A DNA stretch of 64,000 nt from Octopus vulgaris (taxonomy: Eukaryota): the NCBI GenBank assembly GCA_951406725.2, contig OX597831.1, positions 69,316,001 to 69,380,000 on the forward strand, given 5' to 3'. The notes beneath the pieces are model-generated. The model made no database searches. It saw nothing but the letters and a program-made list of their open reading frames with translations, and was not told the origin of the DNA. Positions 50,566-63,389 of the stretch are shown piece after piece (position 1 is the first letter of the stretch; every line of letters starts with the position of its first letter). A program made the position numbers and the translations under genes.

Positions 50566-51010
50566 AATCATCATCATCATTGTTCGACCGTGGTCGAGAC
50601 AATGGAATTTACCATGCTACGCCAGACTTCATGGTCCATCATGGCATTATGGAGGCCCTGTTGCTGGATGCCTGTATCCCTGGAGATTACATCAGGGTAG
50701 GAGAGTGTGCGCCCTCTGGTAATGCGAGTAGATGGCTTCCAGAGGAGAAGAGTAGAAATTACCTCTTGTTCAGCTCTACAACAATGTCCAGCAAACTGGA
50801 CTCTCCTACCTTTCACAAGAGATGACACAGGTGGTAGTTTCCCATATATTTGCATTTTGGTTGGATGACGCTTCCACGAGAGATTTTGAGCTCTCATAAG
50901 GAGGCGAGTGTAGGTTCCATCCAACCACCTCTCAAGCTTCTTTGATAACGTCCAGGTTTCTGAGCCATATAGTAGAATTGGTTTGAGTGTGGCTTTGAAG
51001 ATTTCAAGTT
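50566..51010 (-). mobile_element. RTE-clade LINE, 5'-truncated, RT C-terminus with (TGA)n tail
   Basis: PILLYGSETWTLSKKLE...RRVQFAGHC.R...WRSMV, open to the stop at 50577 and followed directly by TGATGATGA. Confidence 0.9.
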
Positions 51011-52398
51011 TCAACAATAATAATAATAAAAAAACAATAATAATAATAATAACTACAACCACAGTTTCTTTCCTGTTCTATTTGCAAAGACTCCACATTA
51101 TTATAAAAATGTATATCCATGAATACCATATTGTGCTGTCTCCATAAATACTGCAAACCTTATATTGCCTTAAATTAAAGAGTCATGAGATAAAGAGAAC
51201 ATTGAAACACTGGAACTCATCTCTCTATATTTTTATCTTTTAAAAGATAAGCAACAATCATGTAATGGTGTCAATTTAATTATATCTCAGCTATACAAAA
51301 CTTGTGGCCTCACACTCATGTAGGTATGTGTTAATCCTTAATTTCTTTTTTTTTAACAGCAGCACGGAATTTTGTCAGTGAACAGGTCCCAGTTTCAAAG
51401 GGCTGAAAATATTTTGACAAATTAAATTTAAAATGTTGAAGTGAATCTAATGGTTTTGGTGTGTTTTTAAATGGGTTATAAACACCTTCCATGCTACAAT
51501 TGTTTTTGTTTCAGCACACGATCTCAGATCAGGTCACTTGCTAGGCAAGGACATCTCTGTAATTCTTTTTTTTAGTTCTTAGTTAACTTGGGGTAAACAA
51601 CTTAGGGTGAAAAGTGAGCTCTCTTTCCTTGTTTAAGTGAATTCACTTTACTTACATAGCTACTACTGCTAAAAATATTATAAATATTACTCTATTGTAT
51701 TTCTCTTGCGAAATAAATTACTGATCTTATGCCTTTTGAAGAAATTAATATGTCTTTAATTCTTCAGCTAGATTTGTTAGTTTTATATTTTATATAAATT
51801 TTATTGACCATTCAAATGGATTATCATATTCAAAATCAGCCAAGACTTTGCAAGCTTTGGACATTGATAGAAAAATATCAGTAGATATGTTTGTGTGTAA
51901 ATGGCATTTGTGAGCGAATGTATGTGTGTATCTATGAGATTACATGTGTGTATGTGTGTATGTAAGTGAGTGCATGTGTGTTAAGTATTTAGATCCGTTC
52001 TGTGCCAGTATATCTTTTTACAAATTGTTACTGACATTGTTCAGCTACCCCCATTTGCCAACGCAGAATATATTTTTGGTACAGTACTGCTGATCAAACT
52101 AAATATTTGATTGACATTTTGAGGAAGACCATTGCATTAACCTTGTGGAATATTGTCAAGCCTGCTGTCATAACATATAAGATTGATATACAAAACAATA
52201 TTTCACCACAATGGCCACAAAGCCAGTAAAACTATATATAGCCATTATTTTAAAGACTGTAGGGAATCTGTTGAAGGAGATGTGGTTGCAGCATTGCACA
52301 GGTGGATCAGTTCCATCTCCCTTACCATTCAGTCAGTAAATGCAGGGGAATTATTAAAATGAAGAAATACGCTCAAATTGCTTTATATATTTTAGTAT

Positions 52399-52810
52399 AC
52401 TCTTTACTCTTTTACTTGTTTCAGTCATTTGACTGCAGCCATGCTGGAGCACCGCCTTTAGTTGAGCAAATCGACCCCGGGACTTATTCTTTGTAAGCCC
52501 AGTACTTATTCTATCGGTCTCTTTTGCCGAACCGCTAAGTGACGGGGACGTAAACACACCAGCATCGGTTGTCAAGCAATGCTAGGGGGACAAACACACA
52601 CACACAAAAACACACACATACACATATATATATATATATATACACATATATACGACAGGCTTCTTTCAGTTTCCGTCTACCAAATCCACTCACAAGGCAT
52701 TGGTCGGCCCGGGGCTATAGCAGAAGACACTTGCCCAAGATGCCACACAGTGGGACTGAACCCGGAACCATGTGGTTGGTTAGCAAGCTACTTACCACAC
52801 AGCCACTCCT
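52399..52810 (-). mobile_element. tRNA-derived SINE family A
   Basis: Near-consensus family A copy. Confidence 0.9.
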
Positions 52811-53833
52811 TATGATGCATAAGTTGAACAAAGGCAGATAATTTTGGCTGCATATGTTCTGTGCAGCAGGTGGTGAGTGACTTAAAAGCAGAAAATGACA
52901 AAAGCCTGTCATCTTCAGCAATGTAGAAGTGGATGTAGGACAGCAACTGCTGCTTGGTGGGGAATATGGGCTGGGCACAATAGAACTCCTCTAATCAACT
53001 GGTGTTGGCAGAGCAAAATGACATTTAATAAATAGGGATACTTTCCCTCCAACAATAGTATAAGTCACTGTGGAACAGACCACAAAACTATAAAATTACC
53101 TGTTGAGATGCTCTCTTATGTAAAAACCATAGATTGTTGTTGTTGTTGATCTAGTACAGTGAAAAAGCAGAGAAATTTTTTGCTGGACAAAGTTTAAGTG
53201 AATATGAAGAGAACAGAGCAAGAGGAAAAGTGAGACAACAGAATGCTGGGTTAGTTATCTTTATCTGTTATCTTCCACTTGTTTCAGTCATTGGACTGTG
53301 GCCATACTGGGGCACACCCTTGAAGGGTTTTGGTCTGATACTTACTCTATCTGTCTCTTTAACTGAACTACTAAGTTAAGGAGACCTAAACAAGCTAACA
53401 CTAGTTTTCAAGCAGCATGAGGAGAAAAGCACGAACATACAACGGTGGTGCCCCAGCATTGCCGCAGCCTTCGGGCTGAAACATTTTTAAGGATTTAAGG
53501 ATATACATACATACGTACATACATCCATACATAAATAAATGTGTACATGTGTGTGTGTGTGTGTGTGTAGTCAAATAAAAATACAAAATGCACTGAAATA
53601 TTTATGCTGAAAAAAATATACTTATGAAATATATTTACAAAGTTGATCAGTTTCGCCTGTTTAGCTAATCATAGTGAACAATTAGTGATGTTATAATAGC
53701 ATTTCAAACTGTGTTGTCATGACTATCCAAACAAGTGAAATCGGTTGGCTTCATAAACATATTTTTTTAACATAAATATTGCAGTGAATTTTCCTTTTTA
53801 ATTTCACTATAGTTCTCCATGTGTCACATCTTT

Positions 53834-55631
53834 AGAGAATACTTTATTGTCCTCTCTCCATACACAGTGTTCCACTGTCTTCTTTCTATAAACATTGTTT
53901 TTCTGTTTTCTCTCAGTAAATCATGCCTATCTGCTTAGTTTCTCAATTGTCTGCATCTATGTGACCATTTGCCTCCAATATATTACCTAACACAGCTGTC
54001 TTTTTGATCATACCTATAGATATTGCCTCACTCTCCTGTCTTTTTAAGAATTTGATGGACTGTTCAATTTCTTTTTTTTTTCTTTATTGCCCACAAGGAG
54101 CTAAACATAGAGGGGACAAACAAGGACAGACAAAGGGATTAAGTTGATTACATCGACCCCCAGTGTGTGACTGGTACTTAATTTATTGACTCCGAAAAGA
54201 TGAAAGGCAAAGTGGACCTTGGCGGAATTTGAACTCAGAATGTAACGGCAGACGAAATACCGCTAAACATTTTGCCTAATATTTCATGCTAACGTTTCTG
54301 CCAATTCGCCGCCTTGTTCAATTTCTGTCTACCAAATTCACTCACAAGGTATTGGTCAGATCAGGGCTACAGTAGAAGTCACTTGCTCAAGGTGCTATAC
54401 AATGAGACAGCCGAAAACCATGAGATTTGGGATGCAAGGTTCTAACTACATTGCAATGACTGCACCTTTTGTGTACAGAACAACTAGGTGAATGGTCTAC
54501 AGAAACTGTAGAAATGAAATGTTAATACTGTTTCAGGCACCATAGTGTGTCTGTGGTTGAGATATCTAACTTTCTTAGTTCCATCTAAATATAAAGGCAT
54601 GTTTTGTTCTCTATAAGTAATGGCAGGACTGTAGCTCATTGGTTTATTCAGTGAGGCAATATCTATAGGCCTGATCAAAAGACAGAAGCATGAAGTAAAA
54701 TAATAGGGGCAAATGATCCCATTGATGCAGACAATTGAGACACTGGACAGATAGGCATGATTTGTATGTCTTTTGCTACCAAATGATCATCCAGTATTCT
54801 ATCCAGGGAAGGATTTCTCTCTTAGTTGATAAATGCTGCATAAACCAAAATTAAGTTCCAACTGCAAGAATTTTAGCATTCCTGAAAGACTAAGCCAGTG
54901 GTATCCTACCATGGCCACAGCCTTAGAGCTGAAACATATAAAAGAATAAAAGACTATGAGATCCTTATAAATCTCTCCCCTCATTCTATTCTCACTCACA
55001 CCAAGCGTGTTCTAATTTACACTTGTGAACAGTTATTTTCATACTTTTTATGATTTTGTCATCCAGACTTGAATTCATTTCAAAATATTAGTGCAGTAAT
55101 CTGATAAACAAATTAACAAAACAGGAATGTTAGTAAACAAGGATTAAACCTAATGCCCAAAGATTTAAGTGAGTCTTAATTCATGAATCAACTAAAACAT
55201 CTACTGAGTAGATATCTGTTTAGTTTGATTGGAAATGAAATGTTAATTTACTTTTAGACATATTCTGCTGATAGTGTATTAATTATTCCTTTCATGATAA
55301 GTGAATCATTTCTTTATCATTAATATTATCTTACAGTCATATCTTAATGATATGATTTGACTTAATTTTTTTCTATCTCTATAGAGGTTTACTATTGTGT
55401 TGCATCCTCAGAGAATACTTTATTATCCTCTCTTTATATACAGTGCTTCACTATCTTCTTTCTATAAACATTGTTTTTCTGTTTTCTCTCTGTAAATCAT
55501 GCCTATCTGTCCAGTTTCTCAATTGTCTGCGTTGATGTGATCATTTGCCTCCAATATATTACCTTACACTGTTGCCTTTTGATCATACCTTTAGATATTG
55601 CCTCAAACTCCTGCCTTTTTAAGAGTTTGAT
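53834..55631. repeat. About 220-bp direct repeat pair (53834-54056, 55410-55631)
   Basis: GAGAATACTTTATT..CCTCT...TCTTCTTTCTATAAACATTGTTTTTCTGTTTTCTCTC...TTTTTAAGA.TTTGAT occurs twice. Confidence 0.85.
54073..54314 (-). mobile_element. SINE family D, inserted at an old family A head fragment
   Basis: Match to 40935-41165; TSD TGTTCAATTTCT; family A head remnant at 54315-54465. Confidence 0.88.
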
Positions 55632-56870
55632 TTTACCATTGTGAAGCCACAACTATTGGATAACCAATTACACGGCTAATTGTCTTCAATTTTCACTTTC
55701 AAATATTGTATACAATTATATACAATATTTTACATGATTTAGCTTTAAAACATTATTGATGTGTTAATGTCAGTTCAGCCTAAGGGTTTTCAAAGCTGCA
55801 TCAGTAAATCATTAATATAAACACCTTATCAAAAGCAGGAAATTGTTTCAACTCATCTTGTAAATGAAATTGAAATGTGATTTTCTTAGATCATTTTATA
55901 TTCATGAGTTTTCTTGTTTCTGAGAAAATTAGGTACAAACAATTATTTTCTTTAACAATTCTAAGAATATAATATCCAATGATTCTTCTGTAGAAGAATA
56001 TAGATCCATTCACTAGATATTGTCATAGAAACACAGGGATTTTTTGATATATATAATAATGAGAGTAGCAATGGCTTTGCTAGTTATGATGCATCATTTA
56101 GTAATTTATTGTGAGTTAAGAAGTGACAGTACCATTAAATTTAAAGATCATTTGCTGCTCAGGTCTTTTACTAATAACTTTGTGAGAAAGAAAATAATTC
56201 ACAGAAGCAATATTTTCTTTTTCTTTCTTTTGTAAGGAATGCAAAGAAAATTGCCTTTTCTCTTATTTTAAAACTGTTGATCAGATTGGACTATTGATAA
56301 TTAGATTTGTACTACCCACAAACCTCCAAATGATATAAGCTAGAATGTCATTATTTTAAATTGTGTACATGATTTCTGGAGGAGAAAAAGAAATTAAGCT
56401 CAATTCTTGTTGTACCACTTTCTTTCATTCACAATTTAAACATAGACAAACTTCTAGTACTGTTCAGTCACTGATACTTAGGTTACTGATTGTGGTCTAA
56501 GTAAACAAGCAAATTAACTTTGATTGACTACATAATGTTCCGTGAGCAAATGAAGATATTTTCTAAAGATTTTTATCGATCAGTTGCTTGTATTATGGTT
56601 TCAGATTTTTATGTTTAAACATATGACATCAACTAAAAGAAGCTATATTAAACTATATATCATAACTGTTGGCTTTATCTTACATTATTTGAATATCTAA
56701 AAACATTTTCTGGTATGGGACTATAACTGATATTATGTATTGCCTGGTTTTTACCTTAATGAATGAAATTCATACATTTCTAGTGACTGATGCCAAATGT
56801 TCTGTTGTAAATTTTTTTTACCTGAGCGTTTAAATGAGCCCATGTCTTGTGACAATAATTAAGCTGGTTA

Positions 56871-57253
56871 TGGAAGCACTCCATCGGTTACGACGACGAG
56901 GGTTCCGGTTGATCCGATCAACGGAACAGCCTGCTCATGAAATTAACGTGTAAGTGGCTGAGCACTCCACAGACACGTGTACCCTTAATGTAGTTCTCGG
57001 GGATATTCAGCGTGACACAGAGAGTGACAAGGCCAGCCCTTTGAAATACAGGTACAACAGAAACAGGAAGTAAGAGTGAGAGAAAGTTGTGGTGAAAGAG
57101 TACAGCAGGGATCACCACCATCCCTGCCGGAGCCTCGTGGATCTTTTAGGTGTTTTCGCTCAATAAACACTCACAACGCCCGGTCTGGGAATTGAAACCG
57201 CGATCCTATGACCGCGAGTCCGCTGCCCTAACCACTGGGCCATTGCGCCTCCA
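56871..57253 (-). mobile_element. tRNA-derived SINE family B, full length
   Basis: Match to family B; TSD TTAAGCT(G/A)GTTAT. Confidence 0.9.
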
Positions 57254-58533
57254 TTTAAGCTAGTTATAGTAATAAGATGTCAGGTAACTTATCAAAATGT
57301 ATTTAATTCATATCTTAAAGTGGCTAGCTCAGAAAAATGTGACTTCACTAAAGTTGTTCTTCACTATGATCCAGTGTTCCAGTCCTGGCCATCCTGTCTT
57401 TTATTTTCTTCTGGTGTAATATATTTATGACTGCATTATCCCATATCCTTACTAATTAAAGGTAGTAGTATGCAATTTAAAGGAAGTATAACTGCTATTT
57501 CTACAAAGTAGACTGACTACAAAGGTGCTCCCTCAGAAGTGGGACAATACAGGGAGGAGGTATTTGGTTATTAGCTTATATTTTTGTGAGTTTAAATCGA
57601 CTGCAATTGTTTCTTTTGCTATATTTTAGCTGTCACAAATGGCTAACATCTTTTGGAAAATTTCCCTACAAAAGACAATGGTTGTCTCTATGGGATTTTT
57701 TTGCGTTTCATATTGTTAACAATACTGAAATCTAATTTACATGATCCTTCTGTAGACTGCAAATACATTTGTTTTTGGATTTTAAACTTATGTGTCGAGT
57801 GCCAAACAAATTTTGTCTTATTTTTTTCTCTATGATTTTATTACTTAACGAAGCATTGCATATATGAATTAATTCTTATAAAAACAATTCTGAGAATGTG
57901 ACTGCTGGAAGAAGTGTGTAGGTCTAACAGCTAAAGGGTTCAGATTTTGACCTAGTTGGGTTTCATCCATGTAAGCTTCTCAAGGCTGACAATTTAAATT
58001 ATCTTTGAGAGTAGTGTTTATACATATTCACATTGATTTATAAAGGAGGGAAACCAGACTACATCATAAAATTAAGGTAAAGTTTGATTTCATATTCAGA
58101 AAATTGACACATGCCAAAATAAAGTTCGTTCATCAAATTGATTGCAAGCTTGACTAGTATTAAATTATCAATTTTATCTATTCTGCCAAGAATGATATCT
58201 ATTTTAGTCTTATATTTTAGATAAATTTTCTTTATAATTAAAGATATCCAAATTTTTCTGCTGATTTTTCTTCATTTAATTTCTCCCCATATCTTTATAA
58301 AATCTTAAAGTTGAGGCAAGATTATCAAATGCACTGAAATTACCATCGCTTTAAATTAATTGAAATTAATTTATAACATTGCAACCTTTGACTTTTTCTA
58401 TCCCAAAAGGTTTCTCAACCTAATATTTATATGTTATTATTTATAGCTTTATATGTGTACTTCAAAATTTTCCAGGAAGGAATTATTTTATATTAATTAT
58501 GTTACTTGAATGTTTAATTGCTAATGAAACAGC

Positions 58534-59106
58534 TGTTGAAAGTAGGGAGCTACTACGGCTGCTGACCACAAATGTCTCATCCCATTGTTGTATCGCCAAT
58601 TCTTACGATGATAGTTGTTTACACTATAACTGTGTAGTAACAATATATATTTCTTTACTACCCACAAGGGGCTAAACACAGAAGGGACAAACAAGGACAG
58701 ACAAACGGATTAAGTCGATTACATCGACCCCAGTGCGTAACTGGTACTTAATTTATCGACCCCGAAAGGATGAAAGGCAAAGTCGACCTTGGCAGAATTT
58801 GAACTCAGAACATAGGGGCAGACGAAATACGGCTACGCATTTTGCCCAGCGTGCTAACGTTTCTGCCAGCTCACTGTGTAGTAACAATATAGTATATAAC
58901 GAAGCAGGGTAACAACCACATAACAATCCAACAAACTCTCCATGAACTATACACAAACCAACAAACGATATTCTGACAAACTACCAAAACGACACCTTAC
59001 AACTTCCCACGATTAATGCCTACTCGTTAACTATCTCACTCAGACTGCTACTACTTATAGTTGTTCGGTCAGTCTATTCTCACAGGAGGTATCATGATTC
59101 TTGCCA
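58534..59106. mobile_element. Possible solo LTR interrupted by SINE D
   Basis: TG...CA termini flanked by 4-bp duplication CAGC; CpG-richer than flanks; TATAAG on minus strand. Confidence 0.35.
58648..58872 (-). mobile_element. SINE family D
   Basis: Match to family D; 19-bp TSD ACTGTGTAGTAACAATATA. Confidence 0.9.
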
Positions 59107-59179
59107 CAGCATCCGTGAAAGGCAGATTATATGCACTACGATAGTGAGACATAGGCAGTGGATGTTAGAAAGCTATAGC

Positions 59180-59500
59180 GAAATGAAGTTAACCTTCAGC
59201 AGTCGATGAGCAATGCAAATGTGTCTGAATGTAATTGTATAAATGGACTGAGAGACAGACTGGACATAAGAGGAATCAGATACAGTGCGTAAGAAAGAAA
59301 ACTGTGCTGGTACAGACATGTAATGCATATCAATGATGACAGCTGAATAAAGGAGAGCTGATCGTTAAACATGGCTGGAGTTTGTGGAAAAGGAAGACCT
59401 AGGAGAACACGGGATGAAGCAGTAAAGGCTGATCTCATGATCCTGGGCCTCATAGAGAAAATGACAAAGGACTAGGACACATGGCAACATGAGGTTCTCT
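59180..59500 (+). pseudogene. Decayed RTE-clade LINE RT C-terminus
   Basis: LRDRLDIRGI...RKLCWYRHVMH...GVCGKGRPRRTRDEAVKADL...W with stops. Confidence 0.7.
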
Positions 59501-59737
59501 TTAAAACTCACCTTTCATCTTAAAACTGACTTCTGCAAGCATTGCGTGAGTATGGTACCTATGTGAGTAAAAGAGACTATTCAGAAGACCTCCAATCAGG
59601 TAGGAAGATGAATTAAGAAAGATGTTTGCAACAAGATAGAGAAGAATGATGAGAGCATGAGGAGAATGGAGCAAATGATGAGCCCAGTAGAACTGACTTG
59701 GTACCAGACAGCCTGGCCAATCCAGATGATCCAGGTG

Positions 59738-59926
59738 ATATATATACATATATATACACATATATACGATGGGCTTCTTTCAATTTCTGTCTACCAAATC
59801 CACTCACAAGGCTTTGGTCGGCCCAACACTAAAGTAAAGACACTTGCCCAAGGTGCTACGCAGTGGAACTGAATCCGGAACCATGTGGTTTGTTAGCAAA
59901 CTACTTACCATGCAGCCACTCCTACA

Positions 59927-59928
<2 letters not shown>
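59738..59928 (-). mobile_element. SINE family A, 5' half
   Basis: tRNA head and body up to the TA tract. Confidence 0.8.
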
Positions 59929-59965
<37 letters not shown>

Positions 59966-59968
<3 letters not shown>

Positions 59969-60258
59969 ACTAAAAATAAGGGTGTCTGAGAGACACTACC
60001 ATGCCGAAATAGCAGTCAAATCCCTGACTCTAAAAACCACATTAAATGTTCATATTGCACCATGAGATAAGACAGAGGGACAAAATAGACTAGCAAAAAA
60101 TATTACTGAATAATTCAGTAATATTTTTTGCTAGTCTATTTTGTCCCTCTGTCTTATCTCATGGTGTGATATGAACATTTAATGTGGTTTTTAGAGTCAG
60201 GGATTTAACTGCTATTTCGGCATGGTAGTGTCTCTCAGACACCCTTATTTTTAGTAGT
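59966..60258. repeat. Near-perfect 290-bp palindrome (145-bp arms, 3-nt loop) next to (TA)n
   Basis: Centre ATTACTGAA-TAA-TTCAGTAAT; arms complementary out to ACTAAAAATAAGGG/CCCTTATTTTTAGT. Confidence 0.92.
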
Positions 60259-60384
60259 AAAAAATTATTACCTTTGTATGGTACTTTTCCCATGCTGGCC
60301 ACTTGATAATATCGATATTTAAATATCGATATTATCCTTATTTATAAATATATATAAAAGAGTAAAAAAAGAGAATATATATAT

Positions 60385-60783
60385 ATAAGAAATATTGAAT
60401 TTCTAAATCTCTCGTAGAGACATGTACGGTGGAGGGGCGATAGAATGGTTGTATACTGTCAATCTAACAAGAACGTGACAGTAGGGGGTACACCACCGCT
60501 GTATAGCCCTAGGAAGCATCGAACGCCTCCTGATAGCTTTGACACATTTTTTCCCTGTGTCCTTATATACATATGCGAAGGGGAGACAAACACCCCCGGC
60601 TGCCGGAAATGCATCTAGGGACACTGTGTTTCAGGATCGTTGTCCTTCATCGGCCTAGAGTAGCAGACACCGGTCACCCGGTGATATTTGCCTCGACTTC
60701 GTAATTGTATATATCTATATTCAGTGAAGTTTATTCACTGATTATCAAAATAAGAAATATTGAATTTCTAAATCTCTCGTAGA
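60385..60783 (-). mobile_element. Retrozyme-like 365-bp unit with 34-bp terminal direct repeat
   Basis: ATAAGAAATATTGAATTTCTAAATCTCTCGTAGA at 60385 and 60750; hammerhead inside; homologue at 15499. Confidence 0.75.
60615..60658 (-). ncRNA. Type I hammerhead fold (core CCGAUGA)
   Basis: CTAGG-CCGATGA-AGGA-CAACGA-TCCT-GAAA-CAC-A-GTG-TC-CCTAG; cleavage triplet GUC. Confidence 0.7.
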
Positions 60784-61632
60784 ACACCACATTATCTCTC
60801 CTCATGCATTACACTGTTTTATCTCTCTACTTGACCCTTGCAGCCTATGCAAATATGTAATCTATCTTCTCCCCATATATCAGGGGTATTATTACTACCC
60901 TGAACCTACTCAAAACATCATCTCTTCCCCCCCACTACCTGCTGTCCACAGTGTCATTACTACCCTACTGCTAGCATCTCTGTAGCCTCCCCAACTCGTG
61001 CAAACCATCCCTTCAACTCTTCCCCAATCTTCACAGATATTACCTACCTCTCTCTCCCCTTATGTCTGCCCATACACACTTTTGCATGCACCCCACTCCC
61101 TACTGCCCCTGTTACCTGAGGTGCTACCAGGACAACTGCAGTCTGTCTCTTTGGAAATACTTCTAATTCATTCTCAATCTCTCTCCTAAATATGAGTAAC
61201 CACGTCGCTCCTCTACACTTGGAACCTCTTCTACCCCAATCCCTTCCCTCATACATTAAACCCATCTTATATATGGATGTGGAATCCCTCCTCCCTGGGT
61301 TTGTTGATTTGTGAGCTACTTGGTGACCTCAATAATGTCAGTGGCACAAACAAGCATCCAGTACACACTGTAAAATGCTTGAATTTAGGAGGGGCTTCCA
61401 CCTGTGGAAACCATAACAAATCATACACTGGAGCATGATGAAGTCCAGAGATGGAGAACCTTTTCATGTTGGAAGGCCACATTAAGCTAGTTGTAATCTA
61501 ATAAGGCAACATTCATGAAACTTCAATTAGATAGTCTTCAAAACCTACATTATTTTGCAAAAATCAAACTACTGTATACTAATTAACTCCAAAAATAAAA
61601 AAAAAATTGTCCATTCTAAAGTTAGCTAACCT

Positions 61633-63385
61633 TTATAAACTTTGTTGTGACTGCCTTTTGTAGGAGGGCATTTGAATATTTAGCTGCCCCATGGAGGTCT
61701 GCAGTTTCAGATTCTCTAGATGGGTGTCCATCATTTGTGACCTTAAGAGCATTTTGATTTTGGTTGGGTAGGAGAATGTAGATTCACAGCAATAAGTGTT
61801 TGAAAAGAAGGATAGCATTTTTTGGGGCATGTTGCTGAAGGCACGGGTATTCTATTGCACTTTTCCATATTTCAGTCGAATTTTTCTTAGTGTCAAATAA
61901 GGTCTTTAAAATGTCCTCTTCTGAGAGGTCAATCAATTCCGTCTGTAGTTCTTTAGAAGCTAATCTAAGTGTGATTCCAAGATTCTCAAAGTCAGTGAAC
62001 CTTTCATTGTATTTGCCAGTCTATAACAGCTGTGTATTCTTCAACTGATTTTGCATGAATCTTCTTGTTCATCAATGACCATTGCTAACTGGGGAAAATG
62101 TTTATCTGACATTTTTTTTGAAGAAAAAGTGTTCTGAAAAAAGATAGCTTGTTTTGAAATGCTTGGTTTTTTGCCACATATCCTATATAGACTTAATTTT
62201 AACTTGTAAAGAATTATTCAAGTCATTTTGTTTTGACACAAAATCACGCAGAAATCGCTTTTACTCTTTTACTTGTTTCAGTCATTTGACTGCGGCTATG
62301 CTGGAGCACCACCTTTAGTCGAGCAAATCAACCCCAGGACTTATTCTAAGCCCAGTACTTATTCTATCGGTCTCTTTTGCCGAACCGCTAAGTGACGGGG
62401 ACGTAAACACACCAGCATCGGTTGTCAAGCAATGCTAGGGAGACAAACACAGACACACAAACACATACACACACTCATACATACATATATTCATATATAC
62501 GACAGGCTTCTTTCAGATTCCGTCTACCAAATCCACTCACAAGGCATTGGTCGGCCTGGGGCTATAGCAGAAGACACTTGCCCAAGATGCCACGCAGTGG
62601 GACTGAACCCTGAACCATGTGGTTGGTTAGCAAGCTACTTACCACACAGCCACTCCTGCACATATTTCTATGTAGCATTTCTATAGAAATCTTCTTTCAA
62701 TAACTAACACTACTGATTCTTTTTTTTTTTATAAAATTTAATTATCTGTTTCTGCAACGATAAAAGTTTTGCTAACATCTGTACCTGTGATCGCAATGCA
62801 TTTTAGAATAATATGGTAAATCCACACTGAATATCTCATTGTTCAACTTTAGCATGTGACAAAACTGACGATGCCATGTTGCATTTGCACGAATATAGTT
62901 AACAATACTTGTACCTTGTTGCAAAGTGTCGCTTGAAATAGAAGATTAAGCACAGCGATTTTACTGATGTAAAAGACAATGGAAAGGAATGAGACCATGT
63001 GTACCTGATAATCCTTTTTCTATACGTGCAATAAACCTTCATGTTTTCCTGTGATGGAAGGTGCACTGTCTCTACATAAACTCAATAAATTGACCAAATT
63101 CAGTCCAACCTCATAACACCCATCTTAAACGTTTATGAAGATATCTTTTCCTTGTGTTCTACGATAAGAGTGCACAAAGCCCCTAACTCTTCATAGCAAA
63201 TAAAATCTTCTGTTATGGCCTGAATGAAGTACAAAACCTGCTCCAAGCCAGTAGTATCGGTTAAAGTCGTCCAAAGTGATTAAATAATATACATTTTCCT
63301 TTTGGAAAATGAAGTTGTTCTGCTACGTTGAGGGCTAACTCATGCTGGTGATCAGTTATGGTTCTTGAATGAAGCAACTGAAAGC
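61633..63385 (-). pseudogene. hAT (Charlie/SPIN, GTF2IRD2/EPM2AIP1-like) transposase remnant
   Basis: SRTITDHQHEL...TDTT..EQVLYFIQAITEDF..YEEL...C.DSAPSITG...FHCLLHQ...TYCCESTFS..KIK..LRSQM.D.HL; stops and frameshifts; split by SINE A. Confidence 0.85.
62259..62660 (-). mobile_element. tRNA-derived SINE family A inserted in the hAT remnant
   Basis: Near-consensus family A copy. Confidence 0.9.
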
Positions 63386-63389
63386 TTAT

